NCBI GenBank assembly: GCA_017503945.1
Contig: JAFVSB010000155.1
Coordinates: forward strand, 1-44,026
Length of the DNA stretch: 44,026 nucleotides
Source of the DNA: Clostridia bacterium
Lineage (GTDB): Bacteria; Bacillota; Clostridia; UMGS1810
Direction of reading: 5' to 3'
Position 1 is the stretch's first letter. Each line of letters begins with the position of its first letter. Position numbers and translations under genes: made by a program. The notes under the pieces were generated by a model. It saw only the letters and a list, made by a program, of their open reading frames with translations, had not been told where the DNA came from and ran no database searches. Of the stretch, positions 43,683-44,026 are shown piece by piece.

Positions 43683-44026
43683 ATGGCAATAAAAAAATAT
43701 AATCCTACTTCTCCCGCTCGCAGATTTATGACTGTATCAACCTTCGAAGAACTTTCTAAGGTTGCTCCCGAAAAATCTTTGCTGGAACCCCTCAAAAAGC
43801 ACTCCGGCAGAAACTCATACGGTAGAATCACAGTTCGTCACAGAGGCGGCGGAAACAGAAGAAAATACAGAGTTATAGATTTCAAGAGACTCAAAGACAA
43901 TATGAACGCAAATGTTCTTACAATCGAATACGATCCCAACAGAACAGCAAATATTGCATTAATCTGTTATGCAGACGGTGAAAAAGCATACATTCTTGCT
44001 CCTGAAGGATTAAAAGTAGGAATGAA
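43683..44026 (+). CDS. rplB: 50S ribosomal protein L2 (N-terminal part; continues beyond the window)
   Basis: Not in the ORF track because there is no stop in the window. ATG 43683 after a GGAGAG RBS gives [24 protein letters not shown]...[28 protein letters not shown]. Confidence 0.95.
   Translation, partial: MAIKKYNPTSPARRFMTVSTFEELSKVAPEKSLLEPLKKHSGRNSYGRITVRHRGGGNRRKYRVIDFKRLKDNMNANVLTIEYDPNRTANIALICYADGEKAYILAPEGLKVGM

Overview
This 44-kb window looks like core, probably origin-proximal, housekeeping chromosome from a Clostridia-type Firmicute (about 45% GC, AGGAGG-type RBSs, hydE and nifS/nifU present). I support 49 protein genes, 45 of them on the + strand. From left to right:
- apbE (partial) and the darA-holB-ricT block, a clostridial ferredoxin, a TrmN6-like methyltransferase and rsmI.
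- miaB, a ricA-like gene, mutS-mutL-miaA.
- A division block: ylmE-sepF-ylmH-divIVA, then rsmA.
- soj-spo0J flanked by two identical parS-like sites, then serS.
- A CdaR-type regulator, then ftsE-ftsX-M23 peptidase-ctp.
- A MATE exporter, then tcdA-nifS-nifU-ttcA-hydE.
- A second ParB/Noc paralog, an amino-acid ABC transporter, rluB.
- rpsF-ssb-rpsR and the start of the S10 ribosomal-protein operon.

I found no rRNA or tRNA genes, CRISPR array, transposase, prophage or recognisable defence system.

The most unusual signal is non-coding. Two colinear ~275-nt elements (16695-16968 and 26760-27036) sit exactly between a stop codon and the next gene's RBS inside conserved operons. Each has a long closing stem around two ~106-nt hairpin arms. 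They share only about 60% sequence by hand alignment, but keep the same geometry through compensatory changes. A 140-nt one-arm element (4185-4324) may be related. I cannot assign them to any RNA family I know.

Other points worth a second look:
- An orphan promoter-to-terminator unit of ~420 nt (29797-30250) that carries a fragment of the serS start.
- nifU, whose Cys/His-rich tail is only reachable by a -1 shift at G AAA AAG.
- An internally duplicated FtsX extracellular domain.
- A long GC-rich leader with two hairpin/U-run structures upstream of rpsJ.
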